This document shows, piece after piece, positions 47,495-58,122 of a stretch of DNA of 64,000 nucleotides; the stretch's first letter is position 1; every line of letters begins with the position of its first letter. The DNA is taken from NCBI GenBank assembly GCA_040384445.1, contig JAZKJG010000001.1, positions 71,650 to 135,649 of the forward strand. The letters are read 5' to 3'. The translations under genes were made by a program, and so were the position numbers. The notes under the pieces were generated by a model. It saw nothing but the letters and a program-made list of their open reading frames with translations, was not told where the DNA came from and did not search any database. The stretch comes from Patescibacteria group bacterium. Its GTDB lineage: Bacteria > Patescibacteriota > Minisyncoccia > Phycocordibacterales > CAIZLB01.

Positions 47495-47598
47495 AAGCTA
47501 AAAATTGTAAAGAACAAACTCTTGCAAACCCCAGAAGTGGGGTACGAAAGACTGTGGTATTGATACCACTCGTATGCTATAATTGTCAAATTAACAAT

Positions 47599-49848
47599 AT
47601 GCGTTCATCCAAACCATTCATCATTAAACATACGCACAAGCCAGCAGGGGACCAACCAGCAGCTATTAAGAAGATTATTGAAGGTCTTAGGTCTGGCATG
47701 CAAAAACAAACTCTTCTTGGAGCGACAGGAACGGGTAAGACTTTTACGATGGCAAATGTGATCGCAGATGTACAAAGACCAACATTGGTTGTAGCACATA
47801 ACAAAACGCTTGCAGCTCAGCTCGCACAAGAGTTTAAGGAATTTTTTCCAGACAATGCAGTACATTATTTTGTATCGTATTATGACTACTATCAGCCTGA
47901 AGCATATATTTCAACGAGTGATACATACATTGAAAAAGAAGCGCAGATAAACGAAGAGATTGATCGCCTAAGACATGCAACAACACAGGCTCTATTAACG
48001 CGAAATGATGTGATTATTGTTGCATCTGTTTCTTGTATTTATGGTTTAGGATCTCCTGTTGAATATGAGAAGGTAAACTTTCTACTTCGACGAGATGAAA
48101 AAATGGACAGAGGAGAAGTTGTACGAAAACTCGTGCACATGTATTTTACACGGACAATTGCGGATGTAACACCTGCAACGTTTCGTGCACTTGGGAATAC
48201 TCTTGAAGTGATGCCAACACATGAGCGAATGATTTGGAGATTAATTTTTACAGGAGATAGATTAACGCGTATTGAAGAGATAGATCATATTACTCGACAA
48301 ATTATAAATCCAGATGTTGAGTCAATTCTTATTTTCCCAGCAAAACACTTTGTGACTCCAGAAGACGAAAGGGTTCGAGCAATTGAAGATATTAAAGCAG
48401 AGTTAACCGATCGTTTGAAAGTTTTAGAAGAAGGTGGAAAAGTAATTGAACATGAGAGATTAAAAAGACGAACAAATTACGACTTAGCTCTTTTACGAGA
48501 AGTTGGGTATTGTAATGGAATCGAAAACTACTCACGACATTTTTCAGGAAAAAAACCAGGTGAACCTGCTGATACACTTTTGTCATATTTTCCAGAGGGA
48601 TTTTTAACAATGATTGATGAGTCCCATGTGACGGTCCCTCAGTTAAATGGAATGTATGCCGGAGATGCTTCACGAAAAAAGAATCTTATTGATTTCGGAT
48701 TTCGACTTCCATCTGCTGCAGATAACCGACCGTTGCGATTTGCTGAGTTTGAAGAACGTACAGGACAGACAGTATATGTGTCTGCAACCCCAGGACCATA
48801 CGAATTAGAACAATCAAAAACAACACAAGTAGTACAACAAATTATTCGACCAACAGGTCTTGTTGATCCCGAACTGATTATTCGTCCAGTAGTGGGGACT
48901 GATACGTATGTCGGACAGATTTATGATTTTATTGCAGAAGTGGAAAAGAATACTGCAGCAGGAGAGCGAACACTTGCAACTACTTTGACCAAAAAGATGG
49001 CTGAAGATCTGTCTGAATTTTTAATTGCAAAAGGGATAAAGACTCGATACTTGCATAGTGATGTAGAAACCATGGAACGAATTCAAATACTTACAGAATT
49101 ACGTAAGGGTGCTTTTGATGTGCTTGTTGGAGTAAACCTGCTTCGAGAAGGACTGGATCTTCCTGAGGTATCTCTCATTGGAATTTTGGATGCAGATAAA
49201 GAAGGATTTCTTCGATCAAAAACTGCACTTATTCAAACCATTGGTCGTGCAGCTCGAAACGTAAACGGTAGAGTTATTTTGTACGCTGATAAAGTTACAA
49301 ACTCATTGACTGGTGCAATAGAGGAAACATTGCGTAGAAGAAATATTCAGCTTGCGTATAACAAAGAACATGGAATTACTCCACAGACTATTAAGAAAAC
49401 AATTCATGATATTACTGAAGCTATAGAAAATGAACATGAGAAAAGTGTGCGAGAAATGTTGACACTTGACCTCGGTATTGACAGTTTAGATGATATTGAA
49501 AAACAAACAGGGGCAGATAGTAAAAAAACCCTCAAGAAAATTTCTGTTTTAATTAAACAAAAGGAAAAAGAAATGAATGCTGCAGTTAAGGAGTTGGATT
49601 TTGAAACTGCTGCACTTCTACGAGATGAGATGCTTGCACTTGCAAAGATTCAAGAAACTGCAGGACAACCGAAGAAAGAGAAGAAAACAGCTTTTAAAGA
49701 TATGGAGAAGAAGGGTGATAAACGAGCACTCAATTTTTTACCCGAAGTTGAAAGTAAACATGTGGTAAATGTGAAATTTGGGAAGAAAGGTGCTGTGAAG
49801 AAAATCAAAGAACAGGATAAAAGACTAGGAAAAAAGAAAGCAGAGTAG
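47599..49848 (+). CDS. uvrB: Excinuclease ABC subunit B with a lysine-rich C-terminal extension
   Basis: Walker A GATGTGKT, helicase motifs and the UVR domain (LDFETAALLRDEMLAL). About 80 extra K-rich residues follow the UVR domain. Confidence 0.93.
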   Translation: MRSSKPFIIKHTHKPAGDQPAAIKKIIEGLRSGMQKQTLLGATGTGKTFTMANVIADVQRPTLVVAHNKTLAAQLAQEFKEFFPDNAVHYFVSYYDYYQPEAYISTSDTYIEKEAQINEEIDRLRHATTQALLTRNDVIIVASVSCIYGLGSPVEYEKVNFLLRRDEKMDRGEVVRKLVHMYFTRTIADVTPATFRALGNTLEVMPTHERMIWRLIFTGDRLTRIEEIDHITRQIINPDVESILIFPAKHFVTPEDERVRAIEDIKAELTDRLKVLEEGGKVIEHERLKRRTNYDLALLREVGYCNGIENYSRHFSGKKPGEPADTLLSYFPEGFLTMIDESHVTVPQLNGMYAGDASRKKNLIDFGFRLPSAADNRPLRFAEFEERTGQTVYVSATPGPYELEQSKTTQVVQQIIRPTGLVDPELIIRPVVGTDTYVGQIYDFIAEVEKNTAAGERTLATTLTKKMAEDLSEFLIAKGIKTRYLHSDVETMERIQILTELRKGAFDVLVGVNLLREGLDLPEVSLIGILDADKEGFLRSKTALIQTIGRAARNVNGRVILYADKVTNSLTGAIEETLRRRNIQLAYNKEHGITPQTIKKTIHDITEAIENEHEKSVREMLTLDLGIDSLDDIEKQTGADSKKTLKKISVLIKQKEKEMNAAVKELDFETAALLRDEMLALAKIQETAGQPKKEKKTAFKDMEKKGDKRALNFLPEVESKHVVNVKFGKKGAVKKIKEQDKRLGKKKAE

Positions 49849-49930
49849 GGTTGTAAAAGATTTGGAAAAAGAGTATGTTTTAAAGTATGGAGACTGTGTA
49901 GTTTCCTAGAACCTTCAACCCCTTGACTAT

Positions 49931-50473
49931 ATGATAGTGATACTCAGTTTTGGTCCCAGGTATTTGCCGGACACACTTAGCGAAAAACTAGTTCCTCAAC
50001 TAGAAGAAACATTCCACGGTTTGGACATCCTTGTGTTTAATCCAGATTATGTGATCAAACATCTGGATGCAACATACAAGGATCTCAGACAAAGAGTCCA
50101 GGTAATGAGAGACGGAGGAAAAGCTTTGTTCCGAAGAGATTTTGTCCAAATTAGAAAAATATTTAGGCTCGCTCTTCATTCTGAAAGGGATATGCTCATT
50201 GTGGAAGGGTTCATAGTGGGAATACGAACTCTTCGTGAGTGGGAGGGAATTCGCTGGCGACGAGCTACACAATTCTCCTTCTTTGATTACATCGATAACC
50301 CTCCGAAAGCAACTCCTCAAAAGGAAAGATATCACAAGAAGATGACAAGTTACCTTAAGAACAGGAGGACAGACAGAATACAGGGCATTGTCTCATTTCG
50401 TAATCTACACAGCAACGTAGTTAGTATCTTACGAGCAAAAGGCGCTCGTGAGCTGACCGCTGTGTATGCATGA
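49931..50473 (+). CDS. Hypothetical protein (GC-elevated)
   Basis: ORF only. A hairpin at about 50480-50515 follows. Confidence 0.35.
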   Translation: MIVILSFGPRYLPDTLSEKLVPQLEETFHGLDILVFNPDYVIKHLDATYKDLRQRVQVMRDGGKALFRRDFVQIRKIFRLALHSERDMLIVEGFIVGIRTLREWEGIRWRRATQFSFFDYIDNPPKATPQKERYHKKMTSYLKNRRTDRIQGIVSFRNLHSNVVSILRAKGARELTAVYA

Positions 50474-50544
50474 TCAATTTGGCCACCATCTCCACCTGGA
50501 GCTCTGGTGGTTTTATTATTCTTTAAAAATGCTACAATCCCACA

Positions 50545-52332
50545 ATGACTACAATCAAAACTGAATGGGACCATTCTGATTTATATAAAGGAATTACTGA
50601 TCCTAAACTGGATAAGGATATAAAAGCTATAGAGAAACTATATGCTGATTTCGCGAAGAAATATTCTGATCGGAAGTTTGTGCAGAATGCGAAAAGTTTG
50701 AAGAAGGCTTTGGATGATTGGAATGTGCTCACTGAAAAAGGGAGTGCTGTTCCAATATGGTATTTAGGATTACAGAAGACAGTGATGAGTAGTCCAGAGC
50801 TTGAAGCGGCTTCTCGAAGATTTACAGACAGAATTGTATTAGCATACAAAAAAGCAATTTTCTTTACATTAACTTTAGCTAAGATTCCTGAAGCAAAACA
50901 AAAAGCATACTTAAAAGATAAATCTTTGTGTCAGTACACATATTTACTTCAAACCATCTTTAATGATGCGAAATTTATGTTGAGTGAACCAGAAGAAAAA
51001 ATTCTTGCGGAAAAATATGCTGTTGCTCACACAGCATGGAAACAAATGCAATCAACATACAAGGATTCTCAAAAAGTGAAATTTGGAAAGAAAACTATTT
51101 CTATCGGTGAAGCAATGAGTATTAAGACTGACTTACCTCGAAAAGAAAGAAGAATTTTGCATAAAGATGTAATGGAGTTATATAAAACAATCAGTTTTGT
51201 AGCAGAAGGAGAATTAAACGCTGTAATTAAAAACAAAGCAATTGATGACACCCTTCGAGGATATAAAACTCCATACGAAAGTACTGTGAGAGGATATCAA
51301 AATGATATGAAAAGTATTGAGGGTTTAGTTGATGCTGTAACAAAAACAAATTCTATTTCACACAGATTTTTTAAAGTAAAAGCAAAAGTATTAAATGAGA
51401 TAGAGCAAAGCACAGATACAAGACTCACGATAGCTGATCTTGCGACTGGTATCAACCGGACAGATGATCTTAAGAAAAAAATTCCTTTCGAGGATGTGGT
51501 TAAAATAGTGCGAAAATCATTCGAAGAAGTTGGTCCCGAGTTTGCAGAGATTTTAGATAATTATCTTGCAAATGGTCAAATTGATGTGTATCCAAGGCAA
51601 GGAAAAAGAACAGGTGCTTTTTGTTCGACAATGATTGGAAGTGATAAAACGTACGTGTTGTTGAACTATTCTGGAAAACTTCCAGACAGTAGCACATTTG
51701 CACACGAAATGGGTCACGCAATCCATAGTGATTATGCAAAAACACAGTCTCCTATTTATCAAGACTATACGATCTCAGTTGCAGAGGTTGCGAGTACATT
51801 TTTCGAACATGTACTTCTTGATTCATTAATGAAAGATGCAACACCAACAGAAAAGAAAGATTTATTATTCACTCAGGTTCAAGATCGAATATTTACAATC
51901 CACGCTCAAATCGCTTATTTTCAATTTGAGAAAAAACTCCATGCAAAAGTGAAAGAACAAGGATTTGTTGGAAAAGCAGAAATCGCAAAAATGTTTGCAG
52001 ACTGCAGACGATCATATGTAGGTGACGCAATTGAAGTAACAGAAGAAGATGGATATGCATATGTTTATATCAGCCACTTCAGATCATTCTTCTATGTATA
52101 TGCATACGCATACGGACAACTCATCGCTGACGCACTCTACGCAGAATACAAAAAAGACAAAACATTCATAGAAAAAATAAAAGTATTTCTCAAAGCGGGA
52201 GGAAGTATGTCACCTGAAGATATTTGGAAATCAATTGGAATTGATACAACAAAACCAGATTTCTTTAAAAAAGGATTAAAAGCTTTGGAAAAAGATTTGA
52301 TCGAGCTCGAAAAAATGGAAAACATGCGATAG
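50545..52332 (+). CDS. pepF: Oligoendopeptidase F (peptidase M3B)
   Basis: HEMGHAIH zinc motif in a PepF-length protein of 595 aa. Confidence 0.88.
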   Translation: MTTIKTEWDHSDLYKGITDPKLDKDIKAIEKLYADFAKKYSDRKFVQNAKSLKKALDDWNVLTEKGSAVPIWYLGLQKTVMSSPELEAASRRFTDRIVLAYKKAIFFTLTLAKIPEAKQKAYLKDKSLCQYTYLLQTIFNDAKFMLSEPEEKILAEKYAVAHTAWKQMQSTYKDSQKVKFGKKTISIGEAMSIKTDLPRKERRILHKDVMELYKTISFVAEGELNAVIKNKAIDDTLRGYKTPYESTVRGYQNDMKSIEGLVDAVTKTNSISHRFFKVKAKVLNEIEQSTDTRLTIADLATGINRTDDLKKKIPFEDVVKIVRKSFEEVGPEFAEILDNYLANGQIDVYPRQGKRTGAFCSTMIGSDKTYVLLNYSGKLPDSSTFAHEMGHAIHSDYAKTQSPIYQDYTISVAEVASTFFEHVLLDSLMKDATPTEKKDLLFTQVQDRIFTIHAQIAYFQFEKKLHAKVKEQGFVGKAEIAKMFADCRRSYVGDAIEVTEEDGYAYVYISHFRSFFYVYAYAYGQLIADALYAEYKKDKTFIEKIKVFLKAGGSMSPEDIWKSIGIDTTKPDFFKKGLKALEKDLIELEKMENMR

Positions 52333-52350
52333 TACTGGTATACTTTCTGT

Positions 52351-52827
52351 ATGAAATATCTTTTTGGAATTGTATTATTAGCAGCAGTTGGATACATGAC
52401 ATATAGTTATATGACTGCCGAAAATCCGAAGACAGATACAACTGAAGTTAAGCCTGATTTTAACGGTATGTGGAGTGTGAATCTGCTGCCACGAAGTGGT
52501 GCTTCATGTTCTCCTGCAACCGCACAGATTCGGATTATTCAAAATATTGGAAAAACAAATCTTGTCACAAAAGATGGAGTTTCTTCAGCATTTAGTATTA
52601 CAGTGACAAAAGATGGGATTATTAGAAATATTGGTTCTGCCAATATCCTTACATTTGAAGGTGAGGTGCTTGGTGGTATTGGTGAAGGTAAGTGGTCCGA
52701 TAAGTATGGTTGCGCCGGTTCATTTACAATGAAAAAATCTGAAGCTGATGAATCAAGCGCCCCATACGGTGCACCAAAAACACCTTCAAATGGTCAGGAA
52801 AATATCCAGATACGAGACATGGAATAA
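52351..52827 (+). CDS. Hypothetical secreted/membrane-anchored protein
   Basis: N-terminal TM/signal. No known motif. Confidence 0.4.
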   Translation: MKYLFGIVLLAAVGYMTYSYMTAENPKTDTTEVKPDFNGMWSVNLLPRSGASCSPATAQIRIIQNIGKTNLVTKDGVSSAFSITVTKDGIIRNIGSANILTFEGEVLGGIGEGKWSDKYGCAGSFTMKKSEADESSAPYGAPKTPSNGQENIQIRDME

Positions 52828-52856
52828 TAGTTACTTTCGTGTTACTGTATATAGAT

Positions 52857-54704
52857 ATGACTCTGACGAAACAATTGACATCAGCAGAAGTACGTGACAG
52901 GTTTCTTGCATTCTTTAAAGAACGAAAACATGCCATCCTTCCATCGAGCTCGCTTGTACCAGAAAATGACCCCTCAGTGCTTTTTAATACTGCTGGAATG
53001 CAACCGATTGTTCCATATTTACTAGGAGAAAAACATCCAGAAGGAACTCGACTTGCAAACATTCAAAAGTGTGTACGAACGGTTGATATTGAAGAGGTTG
53101 GAGATAGTCGACATCTTACGTTTTTTGAAATGATGGGAAATTGGTCCCTGGGTGACTATTTTAAAAAAGAAGCTATTGAATGGAGTTATGATTTACTTAC
53201 AAATGCAGAGTACGGATTTGGATTAGATCCAGAGCGGCTGTACGTGACGTGTTTTGAAGGAGATGAAAACGCACCAAAAGATACAGAGAGTGCAGAAATT
53301 TGGAAAGATATATTTACAAAAGCGGGTGTACACAAAAATGATGCTACAGGTAAAGAAAGGATTTTCTTTTTACCTGCAAAAAATAACTGGTGGAGTCCTG
53401 GAGAAAATGGGCCATGTGGACCTGATACAGAAATGTTTTATGATATTACAGGAACACTCACAACTGGTTTAACACATGATGAATATGTGAAAGCTGATGA
53501 TGAGGGGAAACTCGTAGAGATCTGGAATGATGTATTCATGGAGTATAAAAAGAAAGATGGAGTGGTAGTTGGAAAACTTGAAACGCAAAACGTAGATACA
53601 GGATCTGGATTTGAAAGAATTGTCATGATGGTGCAGGGAAAATCTTCAGTATATGAGACAGATGTTTTTACTCCTATTCTTGAAAAGATAGAGAGTTTAC
53701 GAACAACAGATGTGGAAAATCCAGAACAATCAAAGCGAGTGATTGCTGATCACTTAAGAACATCCGTAATGCTTTTCTCAGACGGAGTGCTTCCATCAAA
53801 CACCGATCAGGGATATATTCTCAGACGACTTCTTCGACGAGCCCTACGTCATGCTGATATTCTAGGATTACCAGAAAATTCTCTTTTCTTGATTGCAGAT
53901 ACTGTGACGGATTATTTTAAAGATGTATATGAACAAGTTTCTAAACAAAAAGAAACTATTAAAGTTGCTATTAGTGCAGAAGAAAAAAAGTTTAGAAAAG
54001 CACTTACATCTGGTTTAAAGGAGTTTAATAAAATTTCTGAAAAAACTATTGAGCAAAATAAAACAGAAATGGAAACAGAAGATGTGTTTATGCTTTTTGA
54101 GTCATATGGTTTCCCAATAGAACTTGTAGTTGAGCTTGCGCATGAAAAGAAACTCACACTCAATATGGATGAGTTTAAAAGAATGTATACTGAACACCAA
54201 GAAAAATCACGGGCAGGATCTGAGAAAAAATTTAAAGGAGGACTTGCGGGAGATGGAGTAATGGAAACTCGATATCATACAGCCACACACTTGCTTCACC
54301 AGGCCCTGCGTGAGGTTCTGGGCACAGATGTGTCTCAGAAAGGAAGTAATATCACAGAGGAAAGACTTCGATTTGATTTCGCACATACAACAAAAATGAC
54401 TGATGAAGAAAAGAAGTTGGTGGAAGAGAAGGTAAATACATGGATTTCACAAGATCTACCGGTGCAGCTTGTTGTTATGTCAAAAAAAGAAGCCGAACAA
54501 ACCGGAGCGTTGCATTTCTTTGGAGAAAAATATGCAGACCATGTACAAGTGTATTTCATTGGAAAAAATATGGACGATGCAATCTCAAAAGAATTTTGTG
54601 GAGGACCGCATGTGACGCGCACTGGAGAGCTTGGAACATTTAAAATACAAAAAGAAGAAGCGGTTTCGCAAGGAGTTCGAAGAATCAAAGCAGTTCTTTC
54701 ATAG
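52857..54704 (+). CDS. alaS: Alanyl-tRNA synthetase, short form lacking the C-terminal C-Ala domain
   Basis: Catalytic core (FLAFFKERKHAILPSSSLVP...GPCGPDTEMFYD) plus the editing-domain HTATHLLHQALREVLG...CGGPHV motif. It ends at about 615 aa, against about 870 aa for the canonical enzyme. Confidence 0.9.
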   Translation: MTLTKQLTSAEVRDRFLAFFKERKHAILPSSSLVPENDPSVLFNTAGMQPIVPYLLGEKHPEGTRLANIQKCVRTVDIEEVGDSRHLTFFEMMGNWSLGDYFKKEAIEWSYDLLTNAEYGFGLDPERLYVTCFEGDENAPKDTESAEIWKDIFTKAGVHKNDATGKERIFFLPAKNNWWSPGENGPCGPDTEMFYDITGTLTTGLTHDEYVKADDEGKLVEIWNDVFMEYKKKDGVVVGKLETQNVDTGSGFERIVMMVQGKSSVYETDVFTPILEKIESLRTTDVENPEQSKRVIADHLRTSVMLFSDGVLPSNTDQGYILRRLLRRALRHADILGLPENSLFLIADTVTDYFKDVYEQVSKQKETIKVAISAEEKKFRKALTSGLKEFNKISEKTIEQNKTEMETEDVFMLFESYGFPIELVVELAHEKKLTLNMDEFKRMYTEHQEKSRAGSEKKFKGGLAGDGVMETRYHTATHLLHQALREVLGTDVSQKGSNITEERLRFDFAHTTKMTDEEKKLVEEKVNTWISQDLPVQLVVMSKKEAEQTGALHFFGEKYADHVQVYFIGKNMDDAISKEFCGGPHVTRTGELGTFKIQKEEAVSQGVRRIKAVLS

Positions 54705-54735
54705 AAAATATTTTTCGTGATACAATAATAACCAC

Positions 54736-55821
54736 ATGAGAATTGTTCTTGTTCTAAAACCGTATGCAATTGAAGTGTATTCAGAAGAAAATTCTGTGTA
54801 CATGCTTGTTGGTATTGAACACAGTACTCGTATAGAAAATGAAAGTCTGACAGATTACGAGAAGCGTATGATTTTTATTGCAAAAGATTTATGTAGTGAT
54901 ATGCGTGCAAGTCCTTTTTTTAAAGCTGTTGCAAAAAAAGTAGAGAGTATACAAATTATCCTCTGCGCACCATGGTGTACGTATGATGTTGTACAAGTAG
55001 AAAAGGATTTTGGAAAGCCTGTAAAAATTGATGAAAAATTACTCGCTTCAATGAAAATAAAGAAAAGTGAGGACGAAGTGTTTGTTGTGGAGTCATATAC
55101 GTCGAATATGATGTTAAACGGATATACTGTAAAACATATGGCAGGTCATATGGCTCAGCATGTACATTTTCAGTATGTACATATTTATGCAAATGCATCT
55201 TTCGCCACATCTTTGATTAAATCCATGGAAAGTATTTTTCATACACATAAAGTTGTAGTTAAATCAGTGTACGGATTAGTTGAGGGAATGGCCTCAGCGG
55301 GCGATAAGGCATACACACATGAAATGAGAATTATTCTCGAAGAGGAAAGTGTAGATATTGCATATATCTCAGAAGGTTTGCATATTGTAAATACATTTGT
55401 ACCGCATAGTTATATGCATGTTGAAGATGATATTGCGATGAAATTATCTTCAAACCACGAAGTTGTAGGTAAAATACTACAATCACGATATGAATCATTT
55501 CTGACAAATACAGGAGTAAACGGAGTAGTTGATAAAAATGCTAAGAAACTTTGGCCTGATTTGGATGTTCAAACTCAAGCAATGATTAATGCATCAATAG
55601 AAGAAAGTATTGAAAAAGTTCTTGTATCTATTCGGAATTGTATTGATGGCATGGGTGCTGAATACACAAAAGATTTTATTTCTGTACGAATATTCTGCCT
55701 GCATAAGCGTCTGCTTGAGACATATGGGTTTGAACTAAGCCAGAAAATTCATAATGACCCTTATATTGCAATGAAAATTCATGTAACAGCGGAGACTATT
55801 ACAGTTAACAACATATTCTAG
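54736..55821 (+). CDS. Hypothetical protein, possibly a divergent actin/FtsA-like ATPase fold
   Basis: ORF only. The N-terminal beta-hairpin-like RIVLVLKPYAIEVY...YMLVG is a weak hint. Confidence 0.35.
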   Translation: MRIVLVLKPYAIEVYSEENSVYMLVGIEHSTRIENESLTDYEKRMIFIAKDLCSDMRASPFFKAVAKKVESIQIILCAPWCTYDVVQVEKDFGKPVKIDEKLLASMKIKKSEDEVFVVESYTSNMMLNGYTVKHMAGHMAQHVHFQYVHIYANASFATSLIKSMESIFHTHKVVVKSVYGLVEGMASAGDKAYTHEMRIILEEESVDIAYISEGLHIVNTFVPHSYMHVEDDIAMKLSSNHEVVGKILQSRYESFLTNTGVNGVVDKNAKKLWPDLDVQTQAMINASIEESIEKVLVSIRNCIDGMGAEYTKDFISVRIFCLHKRLLETYGFELSQKIHNDPYIAMKIHVTAETITVNNIF

Positions 55822-55836
55822 TATACTAATAGCTAT

Positions 55837-56979
55837 ATGTACGGAGACATAATTCCACCAAAAAAGAAATATTCTGAACCATCGGAGGCTTTGCTTCAAC
55901 ACGAAAGAGAGGAGATTCATTTTACGCCTATTAAAAGAGGAGCATATCAAGAACAAAAAAATAAAAAAATTCCTGCAATACTAACTGCTCTTGCGATTCT
56001 TGTTGTTGCGCTCGGTGTGTACCATAAGATTTTTAATGGAACTACAATTAGCTTAACTCCAGTTACGACTCGATTTGAAATTCAACAGAAAATTCCTTTG
56101 ATTCTACAAAATAGAGAAAAGGACTCTCTCACATATAGTTTGGTGTATGTTCCCTCAAGTACCTCAACACGTAATCCGTTTGCGGCGGAAGCAACTTCAT
56201 CAGCGCCTGTGATTACACAAGATGCTGGAGTATACACATTAACTTCGACTTCAACAGGTTTGACGAAGCGTGTTCGTCTTGTAAATAAAACAAGTGGCGC
56301 CGTAGCACTTCGTGCAACAACTCGATTTGATGTTGATGAAGTTGTGTATACACTTGATGCGGCAGCAAGTAATCCTCCTACACCAAAAGCAGAACTGGAT
56401 TTGATCACATCTTCAACAACATATAAAGTTGTAGGTTTTAAAGATACAGCATCATACAATTTAATTTACGCTATCCCAGATACAACAAACGCACCTACTG
56501 TTGCAGAAAACGCAGCTGTCTCAACAATGCCACCAGCAGATGTCTTGGCTTTGATGCCTGATGATGCAATTGCACTTCAGAAGAGTACTATATATGACAA
56601 ATTACTTGATCAGTCTGCAATTGTTGTGTTTGATGAAAGAACATTGGAAGAATTTTTAAATACTGCAAATATACAAGTGCAAGAATATTTCAAAGTTCTT
56701 AAACCTTTTGGCACAAGTATTTCGTATAATATTACTATTGTTGATTATACTCTTGTTACATCTCCAGAGTCAGGTAAACCAACTGCACTTACTGGTTTAA
56801 CACTTGAGATAACTCCAATAATTGAAAATAGTTTAGTCTCAGGACAGTTTGCTGGATTTAAAAAAGAAACAATGGAGAAGATTCAGAAACAGGTTGCAGA
56901 GTATATAGTGTCTGATGTGTCGTATACTCCATTCTGGTCTAAGTCTGTTGCGGTGGAGGAGAAGATCACAGTTAAGTAA
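55837..56979 (+). CDS. Hypothetical single-pass membrane protein with a Thr/Ser-rich extracytoplasmic domain
   Basis: TM at about aa 45-65 (IPAILTALAILVVALGVY). Confidence 0.4.
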   Translation: MYGDIIPPKKKYSEPSEALLQHEREEIHFTPIKRGAYQEQKNKKIPAILTALAILVVALGVYHKIFNGTTISLTPVTTRFEIQQKIPLILQNREKDSLTYSLVYVPSSTSTRNPFAAEATSSAPVITQDAGVYTLTSTSTGLTKRVRLVNKTSGAVALRATTRFDVDEVVYTLDAAASNPPTPKAELDLITSSTTYKVVGFKDTASYNLIYAIPDTTNAPTVAENAAVSTMPPADVLALMPDDAIALQKSTIYDKLLDQSAIVVFDERTLEEFLNTANIQVQEYFKVLKPFGTSISYNITIVDYTLVTSPESGKPTALTGLTLEITPIIENSLVSGQFAGFKKETMEKIQKQVAEYIVSDVSYTPFWSKSVAVEEKITVK

Positions 56980-57033
56980 TACATATGAACACATGTGTTC
57001 ATTTTCGTCTATCTATGATACACTCGATATATC

Positions 57034-58047
57034 ATGGCATTTATAGACGAAATGGAGGTACATATTAAGGCAGGTAAAGGAGGCAACGGAGTTGTTCGGT
57101 GGCTGCACGAATATGCTAAAGAATTTGGAGGACCATCAGGAGGTGATGGTGGACGTGGTGCGGACGTATACGTGAGAGCAATCGCGGATACATTTTATTT
57201 ACGGAAATATATGCATACAAAAGAGTTTTTTGCTGACGAAGGTGCATATGGAAGTGGAAATAGTAGTAAAGGGAAACAAGGTGAAGATTTTATTATTGAT
57301 ATCCCGGTAGGATCTATTATTACGCGTATTCAAGATATTAATGTTCACGACAACTTTACGATTTCAAATCCAGTAATTACACTTGATGAAGTTGGTCAGA
57401 TGGTTCGGATTCTGAAGGGAGGTATGGGAGGATATGGTAACGAACACTTTAAAGGACCAGCAAACCAAAAGCCTGAAGAGTGGACAGCTGGAAAACCAGG
57501 TGAAGAAGGACAGTTTCATATTGAAGTACGCATGATTGCAGATATTGGTCTTATTGGATTGCCTAATGCAGGTAAGTCTTCTCTTTTAAATGCGCTCACA
57601 AAAGCTGACGTTAAAGTTGGAAATTATGAATTTACAACTCTGGAACCAAACTTAGGGTCAATGTTTGGAACTATTATCGCTGATATCCCAGGATTGATTG
57701 AAGGAGCATCAGAAGGAAAGGGATTGGGTCATACATTTCTTCGACATATTCAACGAACAAAAGTTCTTGCCCACTGTGTTTCTTTGGACCAAACCCTCGC
57801 ACAGATGATCGATGTATATCATGTGATCCGAAAAGAATTAGAGCAATATTCGTTAGAGCTTTCTCAAAAGAAAGAAGTGATTATTCTTACAAAAAGTGAT
57901 ACATGTACTCCAGAAGAAGTGGAAGAAAAGAGAAAAGCATTTGCACAAAAACTAAAACTTGATCTGGAATCAATTCGAACAATTTCTGTATATGATCTAG
58001 ACGCGACAAAAATGTTACGAGAATGGTTGACAACTATAGTTAAGTAG
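57034..58047 (+). CDS. obg: GTPase Obg/CgtA
   Basis: Obg fold N-terminus (glycine-rich GGxGG repeats) and G-domain motifs G1 GLPNAGKS, DIPG and TKSD. Confidence 0.93.
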   Translation: MAFIDEMEVHIKAGKGGNGVVRWLHEYAKEFGGPSGGDGGRGADVYVRAIADTFYLRKYMHTKEFFADEGAYGSGNSSKGKQGEDFIIDIPVGSIITRIQDINVHDNFTISNPVITLDEVGQMVRILKGGMGGYGNEHFKGPANQKPEEWTAGKPGEEGQFHIEVRMIADIGLIGLPNAGKSSLLNALTKADVKVGNYEFTTLEPNLGSMFGTIIADIPGLIEGASEGKGLGHTFLRHIQRTKVLAHCVSLDQTLAQMIDVYHVIRKELEQYSLELSQKKEVIILTKSDTCTPEEVEEKRKAFAQKLKLDLESIRTISVYDLDATKMLREWLTTIVK

Positions 58048-58122
58048 TTTAATAATATATGTATAGGTACTTGGTGTTAAGTACTTCTTCTTGCTCTTTA
58101 ACCTTTAACAACCCAACAAAAA

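Noticed and set aside
50000-50335. 111-aa minus-strand ORF
   Set aside because: It is antisense within the 49931-50473 ORF. Neither is strongly supported, but the plus-strand ORF is longer and is followed by a terminator-like hairpin.
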